From assembly GCA_033442325.1 (NCBI GenBank), contig JAWQFM010000006.1, forward strand, positions 604,673 through 668,672: a stretch of DNA of 64,000 nucleotides, read 5' to 3'. Under the pieces are notes generated by a model. It saw nothing but the letters and a program-made list of their open reading frames with translations, was not told the DNA's origin and made no database searches. This DNA comes from Salpingoeca rosetta. Taxonomy: Eukaryota; Protista; Choanoflagellata. Every line of letters starts with the position of its first letter. Within the stretch, counting starts at the first letter, position 1. Position numbers and translations under genes: made by a program. Below, piece after piece: positions 1-19,300 of this stretch.

Positions 1-71
<71 letters not shown>
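1..71. repeat. (CA)n microsatellite
   Basis: Perfect CA dinucleotide run; similar runs fill most introns in the window. Confidence 0.98.
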
Positions 72-74
<3 letters not shown>

Positions 75-283
75 CGCAAAACATGCGGTTTGCGACACCA
101 CAACAGTGCACGGTGTGGAATAGTGGTGGAAATCTTTCATGTCGTTGCTGTTTCGTTGAAATCTTTCGATAAAAGTCGTCTACCGCACACACTGCCTTGC
201 GTACAAAAGCCAAACCACCACTCCACCACTCCACCACCTCGCTTGCCCTTGCCTCATCTTGCTTGCTTCCTTCCTGCTGAACG

Positions 284-887
284 AGTGAGTGGGATGGATG
301 TGTTGGGAGAGGGATGGCGGCGTGCTCATGGCTCTTGTCGGCGTATGTGTGTGTGTGTGTGTGTGTGTTTCTCTCTCTCCGACTGTTTGCTCGTGTGCTT
401 GTCTATCTGCCTGTAATCCTTCACGCGCTTTGTGGCTGCGCTTGGTGACAACGGCACGGCATGACCATCACTCACTCTCACATGCACTGTTATTGCGCGT
501 CTTGCTCACTGCTGTTTTCCTGTCACCCGCCTCTCCTGCCGCGTGTGGTGCACAGTGGCCTCCACGGTTTCTCGCACTGCCGGCGCCACTGCTCGCGTGC
601 GTCGCCTATGCTCCCGCCCTGTGCTTGCTGGATACTGACGTTGCTGTGTCGCTTTTCACTCACACACGCACGCACAGCCACATTCAATCACACATGCACT
701 TTGACACTCACACTCGTTCCCACGCTCGCGTTGGTTTCTCGCTTGCTTGCTTGCTGACGACAGCGCTTCCTCGGCACCGCAGCGCCCGCTGCCGCTGCCA
801 AGGATGTCCAGGTACGTTGCGTACGCACTTCGACCGCTGACGACACCTCTCTCTCTCTCCCTTTCTCTCTCTCCCTTTCTCTCTCTC

Positions 888-936
<49 letters not shown>

Positions 937-3241
937 CACGCGTGTTTTGACACCCTGTAGTTGTGCTGACGCAAACCATGCGCCTGACGCGTTGCTGTGC
1001 TTGTTTTTCGTGGCTGGCTTCCTTGCAGGTGACCAAGCTGGCCAACGGCGTCACTGTCGTGTCCCAGGAGCCCGATGCCAATGTCACCACCATCTCCGTC
1101 ACTGTCGGTGCTGGCACTCAGAACGAGACCTTCCAGACCTCCGGCGTCACCCACTACCTCCGCAACCTCGCCTTCCAGGTTGGTGCTGCGCCCGCACAGC
1201 CACCCTACCTCCGCTGGCTCGCTTCCTCGCTGCTTTCCACCCATGGCCGCACCTACCTCCCCGCAGCTCTCCCTCTGCACTCGTGTCTGCATCACTCAAA
1301 CATACGCGCACACACACACTTTCTCTCACACACACACGCGCGCGCGCACAACGATATGCACCACCGCGTGCAATGTTACTCATCACCCTCCATCGCACGC
1401 TCTCTTTCCCCCACGCGCGCCATGTGTTTAGTCGACTGCCTCCCGCTCTGCCCTGCGCATCACCCGCGAGGCCGAGGCCAACGGCTCCCGCTACACTGCG
1501 GAGTCTGGCCGCGACTTCATCTCCTACAACGCCTACACCCTTCCTCAGAGCGCAGAGCACGCCGCAGATGTCCTCACAGAGGTCGTCGGTGGTACGTTGT
1601 CCCGACGATGTTTGTGGTCGTTGCTGGTAACGGTGTGATGGCATTGTCTGACCGTCATCGTTTGCCGCTTGACCTTGTGCTGTCTGTGCTGCGCCACCTC
1701 AGTGGGGGGCTCGTGCTTAACTTTTCGTTTTGCTTGCTTGCTTGCTTGCTTGCGTGCGCTCGTTTGCTTGTGTTGTGTATGTGTTGGCACGCATGTGTCC
1801 CCTCCCCCTTGACCTTACATTCGCTGCTGGCGGCACTGCATTTCATCTCAGCGCCCAACCTGCACGACTGGGAGGTCCCCAAGCAGAACGCCCGTGTCGC
1901 CCGCGACCTTGAGCTTGCCGCCGAAACACAGGAACTCGGTACGTACTCACAGCAGTGTTGGTGGTGTTGACAACGTTGTTATTGTCGCTGATGATGACAA
2001 CGTTGTTATTGTCGTTGATGATGACAACGTTGTTATTGTTGATGATGATGACGATGTTAGTGCTCTGGAGTGTTGCGTGTGTTTGTGACATGTGCTTCTG
2101 CCTTGCTCGACATATTACTTTTTCTCATCGCCTTCTCCGCCCCTCTCTAACTGCTCTCCATCACACTCTCAAATACATTGCTGTGTATGGCCCCCAGTTC
2201 TTCTTGACGATGCCCACCGCGTTGCCTTCCGCAACACTCCTCTCGGCCGCCCCGTCCTCTGCCCCGCCTCCCGCGTACGTCTCCACCGCCTCTGCCGTCA
2301 TCACCTGTTTGTCATTGTTTCGCGTCTGCCGTCATGTCGCACACGTGCTCCCTGCTGTCGTTCTTGTAGCACCGGTACTGCCACACACACGCGCGCGCGC
2401 ATGCACAACGCGCAACACTCAACACACAACACACACTCGCTCCCTTACTCGCGCACCCTCGCTCACCACCGCCACCACCACCATCTTCCAACAGGTTGGC
2501 CGTGTGAGTGGCGCCGATGTGCGCGCCTTCCGGGACCAGTTTTTCTCGTCTGACCGCATTGTTGTTGCTGCGGCGGGCATTTCGCACGATGCGCTGGTGC
2601 AGGCTGCCGAGCAGAACCTCGCCAACATGGGGCCCAAGAAGGCCGCCCTCCCGGCCTCACAGTACTTTGGCGGCGAGGTCAGTGCGCAACACAGCATTGC
2701 TCTGTGTCTCAGGGGTGTGAGGGTGTGGGTGTGGGTGTGGGTGTGGGTTTGCGTGAGTCTTGAATTGCATGTATGCAACGTTGACGTACATGTTCACCGT
2801 GGTTGTGCGCTTTCTCCTCTTACATGCTTTCTTTCTCTGTCTCTCCTTCGTCTTCCCACCCTCACCCCTCACGCGTTCTCTCCTTTGTCCTCCTCGCCGC
2901 TGCACGCATGATTCGATTATTTCTCACCAACCACCACCACCACCTCCTCCTCCTACTCCTCCTCCTCTTGTCCTGTCCCAACTGCGTGCAGAGCGTGACG
3001 CCTGCGGACATTCCTGTTGCGCACGTTGCGCTTGGTTTCCGCGGCGCATCTGTGCAGAGCAACGACCTTGTTGCTGCCCTTGTCATCCGCAACCTCTTTG
3101 GCGGCGACGGCAGCAGCGTCAAGTGGTCCACGGACGCCTCCGCTTCCAAGTACGTGTCCTTTCAACTGCCATGCTCGTGTCAGCGACGTTTGCTGGCTGC
3201 ATGATCTCGATTTTGTCGTGTGTGTGTGTGTGTGTGCGTGC

Positions 3242-3316
<75 letters not shown>

Positions 3317-3856
3317 GGTTTTGTCTTGGGTTGATGTTCCCTGCACCGGTTTTCTTATCCCTCATCCTCGCCATCGGTCCTCCGTCACCATCCACCACCA
3401 CCACCATCCACCACCACCAACAGGGTTGGTGCCGCTGTTGGCGGGGCTGCGAGCGGCCCGTTCAAGGTGTCTGGCTTTGCTGCTGCGTACGAGACGGACG
3501 GCCTCGTTGGCGTGCACATGGCCGTGCAGAGCGCCGACGTCAACGCCTGCGTCACCAACGCCGCCGCCGCCGTGAAGGAAATTGTTGCCGGCAACATCAG
3601 CGAGGAGGACTTTGCCCGCGCCAAGGCCCACACCCGCCGCCAGCTCATCCCAGACACGCACGCCGACGCCACCACCGCGCTCGCCGCACAACACCTGTAC
3701 AACGCGGCCTCTGTTGACGAGCAGCTCGCCAAGCTGCAGTCGCTCACGCTGGCCGATGTGAAGAAGGTTGCGCAGGCCCTTGGCGGCAGCCGCCCGTTTG
3801 TTGCTGCCCGCGGCCCCATTGACAACCTCCCATACCTCGACACCCTCGGCTTCTAA
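284..3856 (+). CDS. UQCRC2: Cytochrome bc1 core protein 2 / M16 peptidase-like (QCR2/UQCRC2), multi-exon
   Basis: Spliced N-terminus MASTVSRTAGATARRFLGTAAPAAAAKDVQVTKLANG (exons ..284, 556-596, 764-811, 1029..) resembles a mitochondrial presequence. Also VGAGTQNE..GVTHYLRNLAF (no HxxEH metal motif), VAHVALGFRGA and C-terminal GPIDNLPYLDTLGF* typical of QCR2. Confidence 0.85.
1969..2052. repeat. Intronic ~27-bp tandem repeat (GACAACGTTGTTATTGTYGHTGATGAT x3)
   Basis: Three adjacent copies seen directly. Confidence 0.85.
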
Positions 3857-4335
3857 CCTTCCCTCCCCCACCCCCTCCTCTCTCTTTCTCTCTCACCTCC
3901 CCATTCATCCACCTGTCCCGTCCATTGCTCTACTTTACCCGTGAACATGTAACAACGTGGTGCTGTGAGTGCGACAGGGTTTTGTGCGTTTGCTCGTTGT
4001 TGTATCCAGGCCTGCTGTCGAGTGGCTGTTTGTTGTTGTGATTGTGATTGTGTGTGTGCTTGTGCTTGTGGTGTGTGCTTGTGCTTGTGCTTGTGGTGTG
4101 TGCTTGTGCTTGTGGTGTGGTTTGGTTTTATCCTGTTTCAAGCCAATGAACAAGTCGCTCTGCTGGCCATGGGTTGATTGATAGACAGTGAGGAGAGGGG
4201 GATTGAAGGAAGTGAAGGAAGAAGGGAATGAAGGGGTCAGAAAGCAAGATAAGAAAGAAGGTTGTGTGCGTGTGTGCATGTCTGCATGTGTGTGTGTGTG
4301 TGTGTGTGTGTGTCTGCATGTGTGTCGTGGAGGCG

Positions 4336-6509
<2,174 letters not shown>

Positions 6510-7005
6510 CGTCAGTGGTCTTCTCAACACAACGAGTGCCAGTGTATCGTCCCTGTCATTTGCCAATAAACATTCGCTCAATTGCACCGCAATTTGCAAC
6601 ACAGCTCTCTCTTCGACACATCCGCATTGTTACCCCTTTACCCAGATATATTGATCGTCCTCACACGGACTGTTGTGGCGTTCGTACTTTATCCGAGTGT
6701 GGACATTATCCGGATATTGTCTCACCTTTCGCGCAAGCCATGCTGAGAGGGCGCAGGCATTTGCGTATGTGTGTGTGTGTGTATGTGCATGATGCCTCTT
6801 GCCTTCGTTTAATGTGCCCTCAAGTACACAGTTCTAACAATTGAAGTACATACATGCATACGAAAACTGCTGCACAGTCACAAACACACATACACGACGA
6901 ATAGTCATGTGCAGGTGGCAAGCCGAGAGCATGAGGCCTGGGGGTCTTGCTCGGCTCCCCTATCGTCGGTGTCCAGTCATGGCTAGTGCCGCTGCGTCTG
7001 TCATG

Positions 7006-9332
<2,327 letters not shown>

Positions 9333-9599
9333 GGTCGGAGCTCAAAAACAGAAGACGGTGAACGAGCAGGGAGAGGACAGGAGGACAGGCGGTGGGGAGA
9401 GGGGTCAAATAAATGAGGTGCTCCAAATGAGGCGCGCCAGTGGCGAGGGAGAGACTGACATCAGTTGGGTTGGTGCGTTGCAAAATGGTCGAGGGCTGCT
9501 GGGGAAGCTTTAATAAAAATCGCAAATGACACAGGGAAGGGGCACTGTCACTCGACAGGACAAAAAAATGCATAAACAGGACCCACAACAGCAGCGAAG

Positions 9600-10284
9600 A
9601 TGGCTGCTCGAACGACCACGACGTTTGTGGGCGACCACATGTGGTTTGCCCTGTACCCGAAGGACATGGGGGTGGAGCTTGAGACGCTCGGGGAGCTGTT
9701 GACGGCATGTGAGAAGGTGGCAGAGAGGTATTGTGAGGGTTACATCTGGCAGCAGGACCCGCTGGCCTTTGAGCTCCGCGCCGGCGGCGGCGTGGACGAG
9801 GAAGCGTGCATTGTTGGTGGGCTCAACTTTGGCGACAACGTGGAGGATGAGTGGTTTGCCACGTTCATCCTGCGTGAGATCACGCGGCAGCTCCCGCTCA
9901 TTGCCAAAGTGGAAGACACGGACGGCAGCTTCCTGCTCATTGAGGTTGCGCAGGCGCTTCCCCGATGGGTCGAGCCCGACACGGCACGCAACCGCGTGTT
10001 CCTCTGCGACGGCCAGCTGCACATCGTGCCGCAGCCGTCATCCCCAGCAGACATTGGCGTCCTGCCGCAGGGTGACGCGAGCGTATCACAGGCCCTCCGC
10101 GCCATCCGCTGCTCCCCGAAACAGACGTGCGCGTCTGCCCAGGTCCAATCCTTGCTGCAACACCGCCTCGCCCACTACCCACAGCATGCCCAAGAGTCCA
10201 TGCACCACACCCGCTGCTTCCTCCCAGCCCGTCTCCTCAAGGTATGCACACAACTGCTCTGCTCTGTGAGCGTCGTGGTGTGTA

Positions 10285-10340
<56 letters not shown>

Positions 10341-12531
10341 CGCGTGTGCGCGTGTATGTGTGTGTTTATGCATGTGTACATGTGTGTGCGTGCGCGTGTG
10401 CGTGTGTGTGTATGTGTGTGTTTATGCATGTGTGTGTATGTGTCCACTGCACACGCCCCTCATCCACGTGACCGCCTCCTCCATCCTTGTCCTGCACCCC
10501 CCCCCACACACACACATACCCAAAACAACTGCAACAGTACTTGGAAGAGCACCCGCAGACAGTATCATCGGCAGTGTCGTGCTTCTACCTGCGTGATCCC
10601 ATCGACATGAAGCGATGCGGCAAGATGGCCACCTTCCCACCAAGCGAGCGCGTCATGGGCCCCGTCGTCATGTCCAGGTGCATGTACGCGCAGCTGAAGC
10701 AGCAGCAATTCCAGCCGCCACCCGTGTTTGGCCGCATGCCCCCGCCATCCTCCAGCGAGTACAACGCATACACGCTTGGCGCCAAACTCGCATGCGGGTT
10801 TGAAATCCTGGCCAGCAAGGCGCCCGTATTGGATCTCGATCGACTTGACGAGGATGTGCGCTTCCAGCAGTTTCTCAAGGGCCTGGAGCACCACAGCTAC
10901 TTTGGCGCCAACATCCCCGGCTCCAAGGCATACCGCGAGAAGATGCAGGCTGCCAAGCAGGCGTTTCTGGAGAAGGTGGCAGCATCGCAGCGCACCCGCG
11001 GCCGCACCGCAGACGAGATTGTCAGCACCCATATCCAACGCCCAGGGCTGGACGACACGGATGTGATTCGGGCCCAGAAGCGTGATGGCAGTGGTGATGG
11101 CAGTGACGGGGGTGGTGTGGTGGACGAGGGCAGGCAGCAACGCAACAGCAGGCCACGTGGCGATGGCGGTGCCGGCCTGGCATTGAGCACAGTGCAGCTG
11201 GAGGCGCTGCGACTCAGGACACAGATGGACGCATGGAGCAGCCATGGTGACAATGGTGGCAGTGGTGATGGCAACAGCCGTGTTCAATACACGCCGCCAG
11301 CACACATTCGCGAGGACAGTGACGAGTGGATGACAATGACACCGACAGATTTGGACAAACTGCTGTCCGCATACCAGCTGCTGACAACGGAAGCCAAGCA
11401 GGAGGAGCGCAATATTGGCGATGACGGTAGCCGTGGTGATGGTGATGGTGGTGAAGAGGGGATGGCGGAGGCGGAGGTGCAGAAGCAGCTGCGGGCGATG
11501 GCTGATGGCATCTCAAAGTTTGTTGGCATGGAGAGCGGATTCGAGGGCGCAGTCGACCTGAATGACTACTTTCTGCAGGAAGACCAGGACAGCGACGACA
11601 GTGATGATGAGTATGGTGAAGATGGTGATGGTGGTGGTGTAGTTGGTGCGTGGGGCGGGAATGGTGATGAAGATGTGCAGCTGGACGCAGAGCAGTTCCT
11701 GTCCGGTCTTCGCACGCTCTTACAGCAAGTGGCAGATGATGGCGGTGATGGCGATGCAATGACGGGAGGCGACGACATGAAGGCTGGTGTGACCGCTGCT
11801 GGTGGACGTGGAAACAGGAAACAGAAGAAGCAGCACAAAAAGCAGCAGCAGGACACGCGGCGGGTGCACTTTGCTGAAGATGTTGAGGCAGGAGAAGCAG
11901 GGAGAAGAGAAGGCGTTGGCAAAAGAGGAGAGCAGCGAGCGCAGGGTACCAGCGCCCGCAAGGAGAAAGCGGAAGGGGAGGATGGTACAGAGGACCCGTT
12001 TGCAGACGTGCATGATCAGATTGAACGCGAGCTCAAGGGCACATATGTCAAGCACGGATACGTCAAGGTGCGTGTGGGTTGTGTGTGTGCGTGTGTGTGT
12101 GCGTGCGTGCGTGCGTGTCTGTCTGTGTGCGTGCGTGTCTGTCTGTGTATTGTGTTTGTCTGTGTGTGCGTGTCTGTGTGTCTGTGTCTGTGTCTGTATC
12201 TGTGTGTGTCTGTCTGTCTGCGTGTGTGTGTGTGTGCATATCGTGGTTTTGTTTGCGGTGCTCTGGCTCACGTTATCATATTCACAATCATGCAAATCAT
12301 CAGGATCCGTTGAGCGCGGCGGACGAGACAGCGCCAACCCCACACGACAGCGAAAGCAGCGCCGAGCGTGGTGGGGACGATGAGGCGTCGCCGATTGCTC
12401 TGGACTTCAACCTCGTGCACAACTTGCTGCAGGCGTACGGTGCACAGCAGGGCGTGGCAGGCCCGGCATCCACCCTCCTCCACACCATCGCATCCACAGC
12501 AGCAGCTGAGGATGATGGCCAAGGAGAGTAG
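9600..12531 (+). CDS. ECD: Ecdysoneless / hSGT1 family protein, 3 exons
   Basis: [92 protein letters not shown] and C-terminal [27 protein letters not shown]. Confidence 0.93.
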
Positions 12532-13351
12532 CGTGTGTTGTGGTGTGGTGTGATGTGGTGTGGTGTGTTTGAAAGAGTCGCTTCGCCCTTATTCCGCAGG
12601 TGGTACATTTCATTCATGAAGAAATAAAGCGCCAAACATGCGCGATGTGGATGATGAGTTGTGGACCCCTCGCGATGCTCCATGCATTTCATGCTGTCGC
12701 AAACTGCTCGCTCGAGCGGACGCTGCTCGCTGTTTTTGTTTGTGTGGTGGTTCGTGCACCTCTGCTTCCCCCCCCCCGCCAAGCCAGCGTCCATCCATCT
12801 ATCCATCCATCAGCCATCGCATCCCACTTCCCTTCCCTTCCCTTCCCAAGCCTGATTGAGACACCAACTCCCATCCAATCACTTTTCATTTCGTTTCGTT
12901 TCGTGCCACAATCTGCTATAACTGGACCATCACATCACATCACATCGCATCGCACAGCACAGCACAGCACCACGTCAAGTTTCGTGCCATGCATGCACGC
13001 ACCGCATCGCATCGCACACACACACACGCGCACACACGACCGCCATGGGCACGTACACGAATGAGATGTCACTCGGTGCATGTGCACGCCGCGCTCCCTT
13101 GTGGCTCGCTCCTGCCACACACCACACCACAGAACACCACAGCACGCACACCTGCTCTTGCATGGCGTGCCATTTTCTTCCCGAGCTTCCAAGCCACGAT
13201 CCAACACGCACCATAAGCAAGCAACAGCAACAACCGCAAGCAGGCCGACGCGAGCAAACGATCGAGCACCCTTCCCTCCATCCCCACCTCTGATCTGCTG
13301 ACCTCCCACCAGAAGCACCCATCCCCCGACCCCGCATGCTGACGGCGCACC

Positions 13352-16300
13352 ATGGACGACGGCTCCAGGACCTACCGGTGCGATGTGGTCGTGTACCCGC
13401 GTGAACGGCGTGCTGAGGACGCGGGCCGCGCCTTGGCCAGCACCTTGAACAACAACGGCAAGTCTGCCTTCCTGTACGAAGTGCCGCCAGATCAGCCCAT
13501 CAGCGACAACGTCATGCAGAAGCTGTCGTGCTGCACGCTTGTCGTCATCATGGACACACGCGCAGACGGCAATGACACCCGTCCCGAGCTCCGCGCCATC
13601 ATCAACGACAAGCCCGCCTTCCGCATTGACGTGGCAGATGCACAACACCAGCGTAGTGACGACGCCCCTGACAAGACTTCTGGCTTTGTGTGGACGCTCT
13701 TCAGCAATGTGCAGCCGACGGTGCCCACACGGCTTGTCCACAAGATCCTCGCCAAGCTTCAGGTATGTACTTGCCTGCTACACCTGCTGCACTTGCCTGC
13801 TACACCTGCTGTACCTGCCTGCTGCACTTGCTTGTGTCGTGATCTGCGACGTGAATTGGGTTGACTGACACACACACACACATCCACGTACATCCACCCA
13901 CGCGCGCACACGTATACATCCACACACCCAACACACATCCAACACACACGTACACACATCTACACATACACATCCAACACACACATTCACACACCCTAGA
14001 CCCTGGACAGCGTCACAGGCTTTGGTGGTGATGCGTCCTCGCACGACCTGAACCGGTCACTCCCGCCACCGCCGTTGCCGCCACCGCCGCTGCCGACTGA
14101 CAACAAAGACAGCGACAACGCAGGCAATCGCGCCGCATCGAAGCCGAAACCACAACCGCAACCGGCACAGCCACCCCAACCACCACCACGGCCCTCACGA
14201 CCACACGGCACCGCACCGCCTCTGTCCCCCGTGAAGGGCAACGCCGCCACCACCAAAGGGACGGTCCCGCTGCCGCCAGATTCAAACGACGATGGTGACC
14301 GCTTCTTCTACTCTGCTGCCACCAACGTGATGCACCAGCGAACCAACATGAACCACCAAGCTGCTCGCCCAACGCCCCTCTACGACATGCAGTGGCTCGC
14401 CGACAACCACGTGCGTTATTTGCGTGTGTGTCCGGTGTGTCTGCCTGTATGTATGTATGTATGTATGTATGTATGTATGTATGTATGTATGTATGTATGT
14501 ATGTATGTATGTATGTATGTATGTATGTATGTATGTATGTATGTATGTATGTATGTATGTATGTATGTATGTGTGTGTGTTGTGAACATCCATGCGTCAT
14601 GCGTGCGAATGCCCTTCATGCCACCCATACCTTTTCTCACCTTCATCCCTTTACCCCCCCCCGCCTAATTCCTCCTCCACTCCCCCCCCCCGCCTCCTTC
14701 CCCTCAACCACCTGCCCTTTAACAGCACCACCACGACCGCGATACACCACCAGAGGCAGCCACGCAACCCATGCCACCACCATCGCACGCACGTACGCCG
14801 CCACCAAAGCCACCGCGGCGGCGCAACAACCCGCGTGCCAAAACGGCCGCACCGCCACGCCCCATCGCCGCCTTCCAATGCTGCCTGCCCCCCGCCATGC
14901 GAAAGACGTCTGTGGAACGGGCAAGGGACAACAAGGTAGTGCGCGCGAAGAAGCGATTGGCACAGCCATCGCTCCGCTTGCTCTACCTCACCCCGAACGC
15001 CATTGTGTACATGCACCCGATCAAGCGTGGGGCCAAGTCGTTCAGCATCCGCCCGCGCGACAAGCTCGCGTTCAAGCTGGAGGAGCGTCGGCTCACCATC
15101 AAGAACGGCGACAACGACACGCTGCGCCTGTACGCGCCCACGGCCCACGACAGCAGCACGCACCTGCAGCAGTGGGTGGCGGCGCTGAACGCGGCGCAGA
15201 CGTGGGAGGGGAACGATGGCATGATGCTGCCTTCCTTCATCAAGGGCAACCACGAGTTTGCACAGGCCATGTGGCGGGCCATCTTCGGCGGGTTTGGGCG
15301 GCCAGAGTACCGCGATGTGTGGCTGCGCTGGCTGTGCAGGGACAGCGAGCAGACAACCACGCTCAACACCATCCACCGGCTCTTCACGCACCTGGTGAAG
15401 GTGGAGCACGAGCCAGACACGGCGGCCGAGCAAGCCGCTGCGTACCTCAACCTCCTGGTCCACCTCAACCACAGCGTGCACACACGCATGATTGTCAACG
15501 CCATTGAGCCGCGCTCAAAGCTCCTTGAGTCGTGGCAGGAGCACACCATCGTCACCACGGGCACCAACAACACCTCCGCCGCCTCGTCCGCCATCAACAA
15601 GTGCGCCCTCTTCAGCATGCTCGTCGTGTACATCCACAGACAGGCCGAGTACGCGTTGCAGCGTGACCCTTCGTGGCCCTTTCTCCTGTGCATGGCGCTT
15701 GACTACGACCCAGCCATCCTCAGAGACAAGCCCGTCAACCCGGCGGAGCGAGCAGCCGCGCTGCTCAGGCAGGATGCGCTCATCTTGCTGCAGGACGCGA
15801 ACAAGCCCGAGCCACTCGCCAACGGCGTAGATGGCATGGCCCAAGGCGCACATCCCCACAATCACCATCATCATCACCATCACCATCATCACCATACCCA
15901 ACACCACCATCATCAGCACCCCCTTGTACGACAGCAATCGCAGCAACAGTCACACATGCACCATCACTCACGCCACACTCGCCGTGGCTTCACGCTTCGT
16001 GGTGAGGCTTGGAGCAGCGATGAAGAAGTGGATGAGGATGACGACAATGACAATGGCAACGGTGTTGTGCACAGCCTGCTTCGCGGCCATCATCATCGCC
16101 ACCAACATCGTCATCATCATCATCATCAGCGCGATGATGATGATATTCCTGATGATGAGGGTGACGAGCATGACAGCGACTACCACACCAACGGCAGCGG
16201 CAGCAACCGAGACGACACCGGAGAGCCGTCCCCTTTTGATGCGGACACGCTGATGGCCATGAAGGTGGAGGAGGAGCGGCTGTCGCGCGCGCGAGAAGAC

Positions 16301-19300
16301 GTGTGCAGTGTGCCGCTCACCTGCTTCGAGGAGCTGGCGTACTTCTTCGACGCAGACCACCTGCGATACTTTGCCTGCAAGCACTGGGCCCAGAACAACA
16401 TCGACCGGTACATTGCGTACCTGCGCGGAGAGGATGCAGCCGTCCTCAAGCGCGTGTTTGATGGACCGCAGCTGAAGGGCAAGGACAAGGAGCGCCTGTG
16501 CCTGCTGTTGCCGTGTCTCGACGTCACCTTGCCCGAGGAACAAGCAGCCATCATCAGGACCTTCACGGAGTGCGGGGGCCTGCACATGGGGACGTTCCGC
16601 CTGTTTGTGCACGCGTGCGTGGACAAGGGCAAGACGGGGCTGCTTGCCTTCTGCCTGCGCGCCTACTTCAGCGTGCGCGCAGAGTCGATTCAAGACGCCG
16701 TGGGGGACCTGCTGTCCATCCTCGCACAGCCGCAAGGCGCCGGCCTCCCGCACGCCATGGCAAAGGTCCTGTTCGACGCCGTCGTGGTGCTGGTCGGCAG
16801 CAACGTCGTGTGCGTGGACTCGTTTGAGCGCTGGGCGGCCACGTGCACGGATGCGCAGATGGCCAAGCTGGTGCGCCTCATCTACATGTACGCCGTCACG
16901 GACCTGTGCAGGATCACGCGCGCCAACCGCACGTGGCTGGACGCTGCGGCAGACCGGGAGGAGTTTGATGCCCTGCACGCGCGCGTCAACGACGACAGCA
17001 TGGCGGTGGAGTTTGCGTACGAGCGCACGCAGACGGAGTTCCAGCTCATCCTCATCGGGTTTGTGCGCATATGCCTGCTGCTCGGCTGCTACGCGGAGCT
17101 GCAGGCGTGGGCGGACAAGGTTGGCGAGCCCGTGTTTCAGCTGTGCTTTGGCGAGGGCCTGCGCATGATGACGATTGAGGCGCTGGACAGGCGCTTCAAG
17201 CACGTGCTGCCGGAGTGCAAGGACATGATCATGAGCGGCACCATCCTCGTGAAGCCGCACTTCTTCTGCCAGGCCGCCTGTGACGCCATGACGCGGGACA
17301 AGGCCGTGGGCGTCGACAAGCTGCGCGACACCTACTTTGACCTGCTTGCGGTGGCCGAGAAGCTGGATGGATACGCCACCTTTGCCGAGGACATGAGGCA
17401 CCTGCTGTCCCGCCTGCTGCCGCACAAGGCCAAGACCATCCTGAGCAACCTCAACCGCCTGTGTGACGTCGTGACGCGGGGCGGCAGCGCTGATGTAGGC
17501 GGTGCAGCAGCTGTTGGCGACGGCAGCAGCGACAGCGACGACATTGGTGGGCATGCCAATGGCAGCGTGAGCTCGCAGGGCGTGGGTGGCAACGCGGCGC
17601 TGTGGGACCGGCGCGCGGCCGGGCTCAAGCTTGGCGAGCTGGTGCAGTGCAGCCTGTTTGCCACGGACGCCATCTTCATCGTGCAGTCGTTCCGCAGCCG
17701 CAACCTGCTTGAAGGGTGCATTGCGCACTACGTGGACAACTGCCACCCGAGCACGTGGGTGGAGCTGTTCCGGCGGCTGGACGTCATTGCGTTCTTCATC
17801 AACTACCTGGTGCGCGAGAGCTACGAGAAGGCGTTTGTGGAGTTTAAGCGCAACAACCCAAAGGAGGACAACGCGTGGGCGAACAGCTTGCTTGGCCTGG
17901 TGCGGCTGCAGTTTGACGCGCCCATCATCAACCTGGAGGACCTGCGCGTTGAGGAGGAGGAGGCGCAGGCGCGCATCATTGAGGGCGTGCTTGCACGCAG
18001 CGCGTCGGCGTCCGATGCCGAGATGGCGTTTATCATCGAGTTTACGGGGCGCTGGATGCGGCGCATGAAGGACATTGTGTCCATTCCCATGACGCCGCAC
18101 AACACGCAGATCATCACCACGCTCATGTTCACCACGTTTTATCGGCTGGTGGAGCGGGGCGCGACAGACGAGCTTGGCGTGGAGGGGTCCAGACTCAGGT
18201 CGCTCATTGCGGAGGTGGGCACGGGTGAGGGCAAGTCGGTCATCATCATCATGATGGCGCTGTACTTTGTGTGCGTGCACGGCCGCCGCGTGCACATTAT
18301 GGAGAACAACGTGAGCCTGCTTGACCGCGACTACAACAACTACCGGGCATTCTTCTCGCAGTTCAAGAAGCGGGACGGCACCAGCGTCACCGCAAGCACC
18401 GTCATCTCGCGCGAGGCCGACATCACATATTGCCTGCAGATTGACGTGGAGCGCGCGCATCTCCACGAGGCGCCAAAGGGGCACAATGTGTTTGAGGGTT
18501 TGGTGCTCATTGTGGATGAGGTGGACGACCTGGTGATTGAGAACAACCCGGTCAACGCGTTTGTCAAGCGCGACGAGGACAACAGCCCGCACGTGCACAA
18601 GTGCTTCCAAGCGCTCAAGCGCAGCGGGCTGCGTGCAAGCAAGCCTGCCGGCTGCCCGAGCCACGTGTGGAACCGTGCGCGTGGAGCGTGTCGGGAGGTG
18701 CAGGGGTGGCGTGAGGGCCGTGACTATGCGCTGATGGACGGCAGCTACTGCATCCTGAACGAGCGCGGCCGCCCCAAGGCCGACCAGACGAGCCTCGCGC
18801 TGGAGTACTTGAACTTTGTGTCCGGGTACAACGACAGCCCGAGCTTCAAGACGACCAACTACGTTATTGCGACACCGCACGTGTTCAAGCAGTACGCGTT
18901 CATCCTGGGGCTCACGGGCTCTGTGGGCGGCGAGGCGGAGCGCGAGTATTTGCAGAGCACGTACGACGCGGGGGTGTTCAGCGTGCCGCCGTTCCTGAAC
19001 ACGTGCACGGATGCGCGCAAGCGGGAGCCTCACCAGCACCTGCTGAAGGTGGTTGACGGCGCACAGCAGCAGCGGGCAGAGGTGGCGTCTGTGGTGGAGG
19101 AGAACATCGACTCCGTGCCCGTGCTGGTCATCTCGCCCACGCCGGACGAGGCGCAGGCTGTGGCGCGGCAGTTGCGGGCGCAGCTGGGGGGCGAGCGCGT
19201 GCAGCTGTTGCTGGAGCTGGTTGACGGCGTGTCGCAGAAGGACCGGTGGCAGACGACCATTGACCAGGCGACGCAGCCCATGCAGCACATTGACACGGTT

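Noticed and set aside
12630-12642. Recurrent CGCCAAACATG motif (also 25058, 61403, variant at 74)
   Set aside because: One copy is coding (RMFG) and one sits just after a polyA signal; too few consistent promoter instances.
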